From Klebsormidium nitens (lineage: Eukaryota; Plantae; Klebsormidiophyceae): DNA of 64,000 nucleotides. Position numbers and translations under genes: made by a program. Shown here one piece after another: positions 49,908-61,011 of the stretch (the stretch's first letter is position 1; every line of letters starts with the position of its first letter). The DNA lies in the NCBI GenBank assembly GCA_000708835.1, contig DF237361.1:18789-82788 (forward strand), given 5' to 3'. Under the pieces are notes generated by a model. It worked only from the letters and a program-made list of their open reading frames with translations. It did no database searches and had not been told where the DNA came from.

Positions 49908-52900
49908 CTATCCTCCTTCACCGTTCTGTTGATTAGGTAACTCGTCATTGACCTCGCTATCTGCTTGAGTTCTTTCCCGTCTTCGTCTCTTGAAGGATTG
50001 CTCGACCGCTCTTCGCAGATTGAGGAGGTGCTTGTCTATATCTGCTGAACTGTCTGTGGGCGAGACACTGCTCGCAGGATGCGCGACCTCACCTTTCTCG
50101 TGCCTGCTCTCGACTCTCTGACTCGCAGTTTCTGCAGCTGCTATTCCCCCTACCTCACTTGGTAGACCCACTTCGAGATCACCAGCCTGCACAACGCTAT
50201 CGAGCCCATCATTTGGGTTCCAACGTCCCTCATCCACCTCTAACGCTGCACGGGCCTTCCGAGGTGACTCTGCTGGCTTCTCGCTTGAGTCTCCCAACCC
50301 CGTTTGTTCTGCAATCTTCCGGTGCTTCTTTCTTCTCGAAGGCTCACGTGTCCTTTTCCCTGGGATTCCCGCCACTTCTTCGCTCTCCCCTCCTTCTTTC
50401 CGTTTCTTTTTGGAACGGTGGGGTCGTCTTTCTCTAGACTCGTCCCTCCGTTGTTCCTTAGTCGGCGACCCTCCCTCCACCACTTTGTCGGCATTACCTT
50501 GCCACCTGTCCCCTTCGTCTCTTGACGCGTCCTTCCATTTCTCACGTGAGGTCTCCGGTTCTCGATTGTTCCTTTCATTGACCAGTGGCCCCGGCGCCCA
50601 TTCTCGTCCCTCACTGAGCCGTTCATCCCTTACCGACACTTCCTCACCCCACCGACCACCCCGACCCCTTCTGCTCCGTTCCTCCGAACCGTCTTGCGTC
50701 CGGTCCCTTGACCGACTTCTTTGGCTCCCCCATCTGTCTGTTTCGCCAGACCCCTCCCGGCGCCTCCTCTCCGATCGTTCCCGGTGCCCACTCTCCGATT
50801 GCCGCCAGCCTCGTTCGTCCCGGTCTTCCCTCCCATGCCTTCGGGCCTGCGGACTCTGACTCTCACTTCGATACGTGGAACCCCACCCTTCGTTTGACCC
50901 CTTCCGTCTGTGCGACCGGTCCCTCTCCCGGTCCCTCTCCCGGTCCCTCTCCCTCCTGTCAACCGACCGCTCTCTCTTACTCCTGCGACTCTCTGAGTGC
51001 CACCTGTCATCTGCTCCGTACTCTCTTCTTCGCTCATGCCTGTCCGAGCCCCTCGAGGGCGACCGAACCGACCGCCCCTCGCGCCTGGAGGCACTTCTGT
51101 ACGGCGTGGCTTTGTCCGCCGAGCGGGACCGGCTCCTGCGGGACGGTGCGGGCTGGTCCACCGGGCCGAAGTCGGCCTGCGCGAAAGCACCCCCCGGGTT
51201 GCGGAAGCAGTGCAGGTAGTTGCAGTTGCCGCCGTGCTGGCACCGCTGGAACAAGAGAGAGAGACGGCTTAGCCCGCAGAAGAACAAGCAGGCTTTGGAG
51301 GCGGGCTTTCAGACGCGGAGCGATCGCGAAATTGTTCGTCGATATGGTGAAGGCTTGTACTCTTCTGGTCCCCGGTTGACTGCTGCCGTGGGTGTGTCCT
51401 TTCTCTTGCTTTCGGCACAGCACAATCTCCGCTTCCCCCGGAGGTAGGAGACTGCAACCCTAGCACTGGTGACCCTCGCCGAGAACAAGCTTTCATCCTT
51501 CAACGATGGGTGTTCTATAGAGGACAGCTCATGGACGCCGCGTCGACTCACCCCCGTGGTCCGCTGGATTCCGCAGATGGCTGCCCTCCACTGGGTGAAG
51601 GGGGCGTACTCGCAGACGAGCTGGACGAGCATAAGACGTGGCGTTGGGACTGCTTGTCTCATCGAAGCTCAGTAGAATAACCGGCAACTCAGCGGGAAAT
51701 GTCACGGCTCACGAAGACACAATAGCAGAGACGACACGACTCCCTTGCGCTTTAGCAGGTGGCTTGCGAAGGTCAGTCCCGTCTTGAAAACCGGCAGACG
51801 TTTTGAGGCTCTCGCAAAATCATCTCCCGACAATCTTTTCACGAGACTCCAGGTATTCGAACAGGTGCCAGACAACCTTCACCGGATGCACGATCGAACA
51901 AACAGGCCTGCTGCCGAGAAACACAAGCTCTGATCGTACCGTTCAAGAACAAACAGGATAGCCAACCTGCTTTCCACTGTAGAAGCGCCCGCGGATCGCC
52001 GCAAACGCCTGGACAGCAGCCTGCTTGTCCGTGAACGAGACGTACACGTTGCCTCTCAAGTGCGGACCCAGGTTTCGGCACACCTGGGAAGTGGATAAAT
52101 ATACGGGTTGTGAGCACGCTGGAACCACGTGTGGTGCGCTCTGTCGTGGCACATTCTGGGGACGTCGTTTCGGTCTAGCCTTTCGCCAAGAAAGCAAGCC
52201 GCTCTCACTTCGCTGTTGGAGTCCCAATTGCGAGCCTCATAATCTCGAGTTTAATTCGATTCAATTCTTCGATTCAAGGCAATGCGCGGACAAGCTAGTC
52301 ATGACAAGCTCTTCCTGGGCCTACAATCATTGTGTTCATCTATGTGCCAGATCTGCAGAGCAGCCCGGCACTTCGCTGCACCGTGTCCAATCGAACAATA
52401 TCCTAGGTCGAACATAGTCTACTTGAAGGCAACGACAACAGCTTACCTTGAAGTTCGTAACGGTCCCATGCGCTTCAAACTCTGGCAGGACGTCGTCATA
52501 GAATTCCTCAAATTCTCGACGAACCTCGTCTTCAGTAAGCTGCAGGAGGCAGATCAAGGCGAAACAAAATGTGCACATGTTTTGCAACGACATGGAAGTC
52601 CTAGAAATTGTCTGTGTTCGCCACGAATCACAGACAATCTGCAGGCAAGTCGACATACCCTTTTGAAAAGGAAACCTTTCTGGAAGCTCGAGTGTGTGTT
52701 TTTGATTCAGATAGACCACCATGTAAAACGACCTTACAAGCGACACAGCACGGGTAAGAACAGAAGGTGCTCTTCTTGTACCTCCAAGTTAGCATCATCT
52801 TCCGTTCTTGCAACTCCCGGCGACCCAAGGCCAGTAAACATTCCCCTGATCATGATGACATGCGAAGGAGAAGGATACGGATGCTTGCGGCTGCACTTGT

Positions 52901-54646
52901 CAAAGTGTCGACAGGCGCCAGTCCGCATGAAGAACTGGCACAGCTCCCGTTTGTCCTGCATTGGAAGGACAACCGCTCTTTCATTGGCAGGCCCTGCGTA
53001 AAACAAACAAACTCAAGTGCAGAATGCTTTACACCTGATCAAAGAGCCAACATCGGCATGTTTGTGAGAACTGACTCTTAAGACGGGCAGCAGAGTTTTG
53101 CGACCTTGGGAGCTGGATAACGAAGTTCAGATGCTGCCAACTCTCTAGTGCTGCCAACGCTCTATGTCACACTTACCGCGTCTGATTCTGCCTGAGCCAG
53201 GAGCACAGCTGTGTCTGGAAATTGGATGGGAACGTACAGCGGATTGTGTGTTGGACCGTCCTCCTGCCAAGAATCAAAATGTACTTTTGGACTCGAGTAG
53301 ATCTGTGTCTGTGTTCCTTAAGCCGAAGTTCTACTCAATTCGATCTGTGTCTCTGCTCGTCAAAACATAATGGGGAAGCAGGACATCTTTCCTTCCCTGT
53401 GCATTCCAGCAGTAAAGAGAATTCCTTGTCAGGACGGCAGGAACAAAGATCACCTATGGACGGCTTCGGTCATGAAGATGTTGTAGATACGTCACAATTC
53501 TTGCTCACCTTGATGGCAGGTTCTACCTCACTTTTCTTGACCTTCCTTTTTCTGACTGTGATCTGATTGCCCTCCCAGATGATCTCGGGAGGCCCGTCTA
53601 TCTCTTCTTCAGACTCTGTGTTGCCTGCTTGTGGTGGCTCTGCTTCTGGTGGCTCTGCCCGCTCCTTGGGCACGCTTGGAGTTGGCTCTAGCTCTTTCAC
53701 CACCTGTGCAAGTGTTGGCAAATGGGAAGAAAACTTCACGAGCATAGCCATAGCTGCCCCAAGGTCACATGGTGCCTTCAAATATGTTTCATGATTGTTA
53801 CAGCAATTGGCGATCCAATGAACGACTTCCTTTGATTGACCAGGTTGAGCAAGAAATTTTCTTAGGCCATGAAGGAACTGGGTGGACTTCATGACTCCTC
53901 TGTCAACTCCACATCCTGGAATTGATGAAAATCAGTACAGGGACAATTCCAGACCAATCATCTGGAGCACCACACAAGCAGAGACAGCAACTTGCTTGCC
54001 TTCTCCTCCTCGACAATCGAGGCAGCTTCCAGCTTCTGTGCAGTAGCGGCAGCCAGAATCCTCTCTTGCTCAAGCCACCGTGCTTCATTTTGCCTGTGCT
54101 GCTCTTCTTCCAGACGCTGTTTCTGTTCCTCTGCTGCTTGCTACACACACGAAAATGGTGGCAGTCAGGACTTCTTCTCAATTTCTAATTTTGACAGGTG
54201 ATATCTGGACAATCCTTGATCATCTGGAGGGATTAAACATGGCAGTGCTCAAGTCTCTCCTAGATATCACCGTGAACAAAAAGCAAGAAATGGCAAGGGG
54301 GGCTGAATAAATTCTAAAGAGCATTTGCAATCATCTGCTTCAATGGGCCAACTGTATGACATACCTGGTCTAGCAACCGTCTCTGGTGTAAAGGATCCTT
54401 TGCGAGGGCGTCTGCTTCCTTCTTCAGGTCCTCAGCAGCCTTGATTCTTTGCTGCTTCCTTTTTGCTTTCTTAGCAAGCCTACGTTTCTCCTTCCGTGAG
54501 ACAACCCCTCCTTGGACACCAGGTGCATTTTCAGACTCAACTTCTTCGATCGTTGGTGGCGTCCCCTCCAATCCATCGCTTTTCGTCACTGCACCACCCC
54601 CGTCATCAGACTCCGGGGCAACTCCAGGCTGTGCCAGTTGCTCCAT
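49908..54646 (-). CDS. ZRSR2: U2AF35-related splicing factor ZRSR2/RGH3 (CCCH-UHM-CCCH plus RS/RD-rich tail), multi-exon. 5' exons: 54646-54365, 54140-54000, 53704-53509
   Basis: N-terminal SRKEKRR..KKAKRKQ, GPPEIIWEGNQI and PTHNPL match the plant form. ZnF1 CQFFMRTGACRHFDKCSRKH. UHM with FEEFYDDV..EF...G and VCRNLGPHLRGNVYV. ZnF2 ends GGNCNYLHCFRNPGG. Long Arg/Ser/Asp/Glu tail. Confidence 0.92.
50915..50951. repeat. 12-bp coding tandem repeat (x3) encoding RERD in the ZRSR2 tail
   Basis: CCGGTCCCTCTC three times on the + strand, read as (RERD)n on the - strand. Confidence 0.85.
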
Positions 54647-55011
54647 TGAGCCGCTTCCTCACAATTGCTCAGCTGCTCATGACCTGCTTGCTCATCCCTC
54701 ACAGGCTCACTGCATCAGGACGCCCCTCGTTTGCCGACCTTAAGTAATAAGTCTGTTCAGAACGTCGCCCTGTTCTGAAGTCGGACCAACTTTGACAGAA
54801 TCCTTGAAGTGGTCCAGTGTTTGAGTCACCCAGTGGGCCTGAGGCCCTGAGCAGTGATCAGTCATTTTGATCGCATTCACTGGCAAGTGAGTCCTCAGAA
54901 ACTGCCTTTCAAAAGCTGGTGAAGCTAGCGCTCTGCTGCCCTACAGTATCAGGTGCAACTTTACACGAAGCAGCTGGCACTCTGCCTGGGTCAGCCAATG
55001 GGCTGGCTATA
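54647..55011. promoter_or_regulatory. Short divergent intergenic region, candidate bidirectional promoter (ZRSR2 / pseudouridine synthase-like)
   Basis: Only 365 bp separate the two inferred head-to-head ATGs. Contains a site II-like TGGGCC near 54835. Promoter function is inferred from geometry. Confidence 0.5.
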
Positions 55012-57832
55012 ATGGAAGCCATTGCGACCACCACTTTCAAGCCAATAAGTTGGCCTCATCTGAACGATGGAATGCTGTGTCTAGATGCGGTCACAAGCGG
55101 TGATGAAGGGCACGCCTTGGTCGACTTTTATACGCAGCGCTATGCCCACTCTGCTTCTGTTGTTGGCTGGAAGCTCAGAATAGAAAGAGGACAGGTCATG
55201 GTAGGCAAGGAAGTCTGCAGAGATCCCCAACAAAGATTACGGTGATTTCTCTTTTCGTGCACGACTCCTGTGGAATTTCTGGAACTTTGTAGCAAAGTCA
55301 ACAGGACAGTTTCAGATATTTCACTCGATGAGGCCTGAACTGGCTTTTGTTGAGGAAGCTTCGTAGCATTGGGCACCAAGACAGAGAATGCAAACTTGAA
55401 GACCCCGCTGAGGTGCAATAGGTTGCTCAAAAATCCCTTATAGCCCTCCTCTTATTGTCGAGCAATGAATGTTCCTTCTAAACCACGGTTCTGACGCCCC
55501 CCATTCACTCTGCAGGCAGGGGACAACACTTGAGTATCACCGATTGCCCTGGCAGGAGCCAGATGTTCCGTATGCACTGCCTGTCCTGTATGAAGACGAG
55601 CACATAGTAAGTTCCCCCTTGGCGCCCCATCTATCAGCTCAACCCTGCTTCTGATTGATTGCTTGCCTATGATCGCTGGGAGTCTTGATTAGTCCTGGCT
55701 AACCGATCCCAACAAATGTGTGTGGGGCACATGATTTCGTTCTCTGACACCTGATTTTGTTCTTTGAAGTGTTTCATTCCAACAGTTGTGCGTCAATCGG
55801 TTTCACCAGGACTTCATCACAAGCCCTGCCCAGTGGCCCCAACGGATCGTCCAGCCACATTGCCACAACCTTATAGCTGAGCTTATTCTGTCGCCGCAGT
55901 TGGCGGTGTCAAAGCCATCTGGCCTGCAAGTCCTGCCCGGCGGTCCTTTTCACCAGAGGACGGCCCTGACACTGCTGCAATGGTGGTACACAAGGGGCGG
56001 GGTAACTCCAGCCCCTGTTCATAGACTGGGACGGGGCACGTCGGGGGTGCTCCTATGCGCAAAGACGCCGCAAGCGCGAGCGGCCCTCGCAGCAGACTTT
56101 GCGGAAGTGACGATGGGCAGGTTAGGCCCACTTCTCACAGTCCTGTTGTCACAAGACCCCGGGTTCAAGCAGCAGGTTTCGCGTGCTGGAGGAGGAGTCT
56201 GGGCGTCAATTGGTGTCTATTGTTCTTCAAAAGAGACGTCTTCAGGATGACAGTCCGTTCATTTTGCTCGAGATGTGACATCGCTATGGACTTCGGCTGT
56301 GTTTTTCGTGGGAAACTTTTTATGCTTCGAAGCGGATGGCAAACAAATCTTGCACCTTCAGTTGAAGTCCCAAGAAAACTGTTCTTTTGCAGGACGAACC
56401 CAGCCCTCGAGACGGAGTCCATCATGTGTGACGGGGTGGGCCCTGTAGGGGGTCCGCTGGCGCCGTCATCAGCCTCGAAGAAGCGGATCGCCAAAACGTA
56501 CAGGGCCCTTGTACAGGGGTTGATTCCGGAGGACTATCTGGATGTAAACCAGCCCATAGGGCGAATCAAACACGGCGGCGTCAGGGGCGGCTTGCACGCA
56601 GCAAGCCCAAACGGAAAGCACTCTCGAAGTCGAATCCGCGTGATCTGGAGGGATATAGAAAAGTATGCGACGCTTGTAGAAGTTGATCTTTTCACTGGCA
56701 GGCCGCATCAGATTAGAATACATTGTGCAGCTGCGGGCTATCCTCTGGTCGGAGATCCGTTGTACATAAAAGGGGGCATCCCGGCTGAGACGCTTCAATG
56801 GGAACGGACTGCGGTTCAGGGAGGAGCAAGGGCCGAGGAAAAGTTCGAGGGCGCTGAAAGAGAAAACGAAGGGCTGGCCGCTCGTGAGTCTGGGCTGGGA
56901 ACGGATCCGAAAAAAGGCGGGGATCCGAGAACGGAGGCGCTTGAACATCGTGAGGCGGAGCGGAGAGGAGAGTCTAGTGAGCCGCGGGAGGCCATCCCTA
57001 GCCGCGACGAAGTCGAAAGAGATATTGATATGGAAGACGACGGGTGAGCTTGCGTTCGTCAGCTACAATTAGGACACCTCGCCGGTTCTTTCGCTCGCGC
57101 ATGTTGGTATGGAGGCCTCGTAAGCTGATTGGGTGTTCATACGCTGTTCAGGCAGAGTTCTGGATTGACCCCACGGTCATGCTTAGCAGGACAGCGATCC
57201 TGCTGTTGAGTTCTCCTGTGCGTCTCCGTAACGGGTCGTCTCGAGGAGCAACTTCAGCCTGCAATTCAACAGCACATACAAGCACTTTAAAGAGACGGGA
57301 AGCTGCATTCGCGTGTCCTTCGACCGTCGCTTAGCCCCCGACTCATTGCTGCAGGGGGCATAGCAAAGGGGCTTTACCCATGCCTGGAGATTGCGGATAT
57401 CTTCTTCACGCTATGCGACTGGCGTTCGATCACCCTCTCACCAACGAGGTAAGTGTCGAAGGGGAGCCGGCAGAGTGTGTGCGTAGAGTGTCTTCCTTGG
57501 GCAGAGTCTTCCTTGTGTCGACCTTCGCGTCTTCACAAAGTCGGAGGATACAACTGTTTCAAAATATGCTTCTTCCTCCTGAAGCCGGTTTCGACTTCAG
57601 TGATACAGATCCTAATACTACACGGAAGAAAGGCCAGGTTATTTCTTCCCCTTCTGTTTCTGAGTCCTTTTCTCACTCTGCCATCGTTTCGTCTCTGCAG
57701 AGACTTGTGATCGTCGCGCCTCCTCCACCATCATTATGCGCACCAGATGAAAGTCCAGAAGCGTTGCACTCTTGTCTAATCACTTCAAGTGACGACTGTA
57801 TTGCACTTTCTTTGTTGACACATTCTTCATGA
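55012..57832 (+). CDS. RluA-family RNA pseudouridine synthase-like protein (plant PUS5-type) with Gly at the catalytic Asp position. Exons: 55012-55241, 55516-55606, 55900-56120, 56393-57044, approx. 57354-57448, approx. 57700-57832
   Basis: S4-like N-terminus (WPHLNDG...FY..RY.HS...GW..RI..GQV). VLYEDEHILAVSKPSGLQVLPGG, PVHRLGRGTSGVLL, KTYRALV, LFTGRPHQIRIH.A..GYPLVGDPLY and GYLLHA.RL.F.HP. Confidence 0.9.
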
Positions 57833-58795
57833 AACGCGTTCCTTGAGGACGAAGCTAGAGTCAGATGAACATTCGACGCGCTTCGTTCACACATGGATCT
57901 GCTACATGGGTACGCGTTTCTCCGGCTGAGGGTGCCAATTTTGATCTGTGCCTCGACGTCAGATCTGACGTAAGAAGCTCCCTGAATAGCCTGCTATACC
58001 GTGGTATACTCGCAGTTACCTGTTGTTGCCCAGCGTTGCCTTTATTGTGCTCTTAGTACAACCCTCGTATTTTATTTACGAATAATGACTTAAAAAGCGA
58101 GCTAGCGAGTCCATATAAGATATAAAGGCCTTTATTGAAAGACGCCCATATATTGTGTCAATCGCGGACATGTCACAGAGCATGTGTGCGCATTCCATGG
58201 AAACGCCCTGGCCGCCCCTAGCTACCGGCGTACTCATCACATGGTAGCCCAATGTCAATCAGCAGCAATTGAGCAATTAATAACCGGCCATGGTACGTTT
58301 TTGCGGCTACCGTCTTGATGATATCATGACGCTAGCTGGCGGCAGTATACACTCAACGATCGCGGATATGTAAGCAATGCCTCATTTGCATAAGTTATAT
58401 GCTTCGTCTCTCATGAGTTTGCTGCATGACCGGCTGCACATGCCTGATACATATCTTATGTCACAGCGCGAGCTCCTGCTGAGTTGGGAAACTATGAAGA
58501 TATACTCTGTTGTCAACGCCGTAGTCACATGGACCATACAGGCTTCCATGGCATACAGATGTGAATCCACATTTGATCGGTTTCGGAGACCTAGCTATCA
58601 ACAAGACGATTCAGTGCATGCCTCAAGCTGCACGTGGTGGAATGACATTCAGTAAGTCCGCAGTACTCATAGATCTTTAATGAGGTCGCAGGCACGACTG
58701 ATGGCCCCGACCGCGGGTGCCGACTTCTTCATTCCCGCAAGCGGCAATAAATCCGAAGTTTCAGAACTTCAAAGCTTCCGCAGAACATGCCGCTT

Positions 58796-60621
58796 TCAGG
58801 ATTGTTTTCGGCCCAACAGCTTTTCCAACCTCCTAGCCCAACTCTGACCTTGAGGGTTCAATACAAATCGACGTGGCCGTTTGTCAGAGTATGTCTCATC
58901 CGTTGCAGCATCCTCTTCTAAGTCATCCTCGTCAGAATCGTCGTCACTAATGTCAGCAACTTGTCTGCTTGACGTTGCTGTTGGTAGACGCGACGAGCTT
59001 TCGAGCACCGGTTCCGAATTTTGCAACAACTGGGCTAGCTCGCTCACCGAAATCACTTGGTCACCAGGTTGTGAAGGGGCCATGTCTATGTGGATGTCTA
59101 GATGTTCTTCAGGAAGATTGTTCCCAAGACACTCAGGCCATTCGATGAGGCTGATGGCTGCAATATAAGGACAACAACAAACATTTGAGACTCCATCCAA
59201 CTTGGAACATCCAATCATCCATTATTCAACTCGTGTATGGTCTGAAGGGAGAGAAAGGCCATCCGAGAAATGCACAGAAACAGGCAGAGAAACAGGCATA
59301 ACCGTGCACTCGAAGGTACACTCGAAGACAGGTTCGAACCTTTACGATTCCTCAGGAAGTCGAGCTTGCAAAATAGGAGGGTGCTGTGCAATTCATGAAG
59401 CGATCTGCGGATTTTCCAACCACGTGCAGACATCTTACCAGTCTTATAAGACTCCTCCATGCCCAGCCGCTCGAAATTCTCAGTTGGTCCAGTCAATCTA
59501 TACAAATCGAAATGATGCACAGGCCTGCGAGGCCACGAGATTGATGGTCAGCAAGCAGCAGTGCCCAGTACAAGCGCCTTGCAGTAAGGCTCTGGACAAC
59601 CAATGGAATGCACAAAGAGAATGCAATTTACACCAGTTGATAAGACTCCGATACGAAATGACTTTGCCACAAGGCTGTTGATCAACTTTCATGCAAGAAG
59701 CGCAGCCACGTCGCCGTGCATTTGATTATAGTTCGGAACCTGCGAACGACAGGCAGGACTTACGTTCCAGGATGATCTTCATAGACTTGCTGAAGAAGAA
59801 ACGTGGGGGAAGGCACGACCAGGTTCGCATCAGCTGCCACTGCTCGTATGAACGCCCGACTGCAGAACAGAGGGAGCATGTCTGATTAATGGACTGTCAC
59901 ATGTGCTGACCTTCGTATCCTTCTGACTTAGAATCAACTTCAGTTGCGTCTGTCTGCAAGCAGCACTCTGACACATCCACAAAGAAGGAGAAGCCACAAG
60001 GGAGATGCGGGCGAAACGCGGGGAAGAGGGGGCATACCTGAAGACACTTTTGCCAGCTCCGACCTGGCCGTAGAGGCAGATCACATCTCCAGGATTTGAC
60101 ACTTGCACAAGGAGCTGCGCCAAGAGGCCAGTTTCATCTTCCCCACTGGACACAAACGTGACGCCTGCGGGCGCCAGTGGTGGGCTTGGCGCCACGCCCC
60201 CTGTTGGAGCACAGTCTCTCAACATTGCCCTACTTGCAAAGCACCTACTTCTAGCCTGGGCCGGTGCGCCTGCTGCAATCTCAAAAGTCCTGATCAAAGG
60301 GGCTTTGCCGCGTGTTGTTGGAGACAAGCAGCTCTGTTCCAACAATGAAGTTGGATCTGGCTGCTGTCCCAAATGTCCGTATGCCCTGATCAGTGGCAGA
60401 TGGGCCACCCCAGTAAACAAACCAAAAGGTGCTGTGTGCAGATGTCCACAGAAGGTTGCTCTTGTTGAGAGTGACGGCGAGGTGGTGGTAGTACACTTCA
60501 TTCCCACCGCATCTTCCGAAGCAAATCTGGCGCGCAAAAACTCGTAAGGACAGAGAACACTAAGGAATGCTTGTTGAGAAACAAGAGCTGATCTTAACAA
60601 CAAGCTGCGTTGAAGAAACAT
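58796..60621 (-). CDS. tsaE: TsaE (YjeE) tRNA t6A-biosynthesis P-loop ATPase with long N-terminal transit-peptide-like extension. Exons: 60621 (or ATG 60501)-60038, 59859-59764, 59524-59439, 59157-58796
   Basis: GDVICLYGQVGAGKSVFSRAFIR (Walker A), VPSPTFLLQQVY, PVHHFDLYRL and AISLIEWPE are the four TsaE signature blocks. They are joined by frame-consistent GT-AG introns. Confidence 0.9.
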
Positions 60622-61011
60622 GAGAAAAGCGCCTGCAAATCTGAGCACCTCCAGGATAAGCAGCACACCTTGCGCGTTCTTGATCAATTGATCGAAGTTT
60701 CTGCTACTAACCGGAGTCGTCAAACAAAAATAACGAATCAAGAAGTTCCGTGTTCCCTATAGAGAGTTGAAAGCGTAACGGAAACCGTCGCAATCGGTCC
60801 AATCGGTCGAGAGCCCCAGTGCCACCACACGGAGCCCAGAACCGGCACGCCTACGGGACTACGGTACTGTTAAACCGTGATCAGAATCGAAGGCTCCCTT
60901 GGTTAGTCGAGGTTTTGTGCACATGGTTTGAAGCACCTCGTCCAACCTCGCATTGCTCGTGCAGGCAACTGGCGCCACATTCTGATCAGCAAGCTGGCAC
61001 CTGGCAGCACG
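60622..61011. promoter_or_regulatory. Short divergent intergenic region, candidate bidirectional promoter (tsaE / CbbY)
   Basis: About 390 bp separate the head-to-head ATGs. A tandem CAATCGGT / CCAATCGGT (CCAAT-like) lies near 60791-60807. Confidence 0.5.

Noticed and set aside
9380-51272. Long antisense ORFs over coding exons (for example 9380-10144, 30498-31256, 33309-34166, 50708-51379)
   Set aside because: These are typical shadow ORFs of GC-rich codon usage, with no independent motifs.
53705-53892. Apparent extra helical domain in ZRSR2 (ORF 53470-53892, MKSTQFLHGLRK...)
   Set aside because: A strong polypyrimidine/CAG acceptor at 53705 gives a phase-consistent join to the upstream exon, so this stretch is most simply intron read-through.
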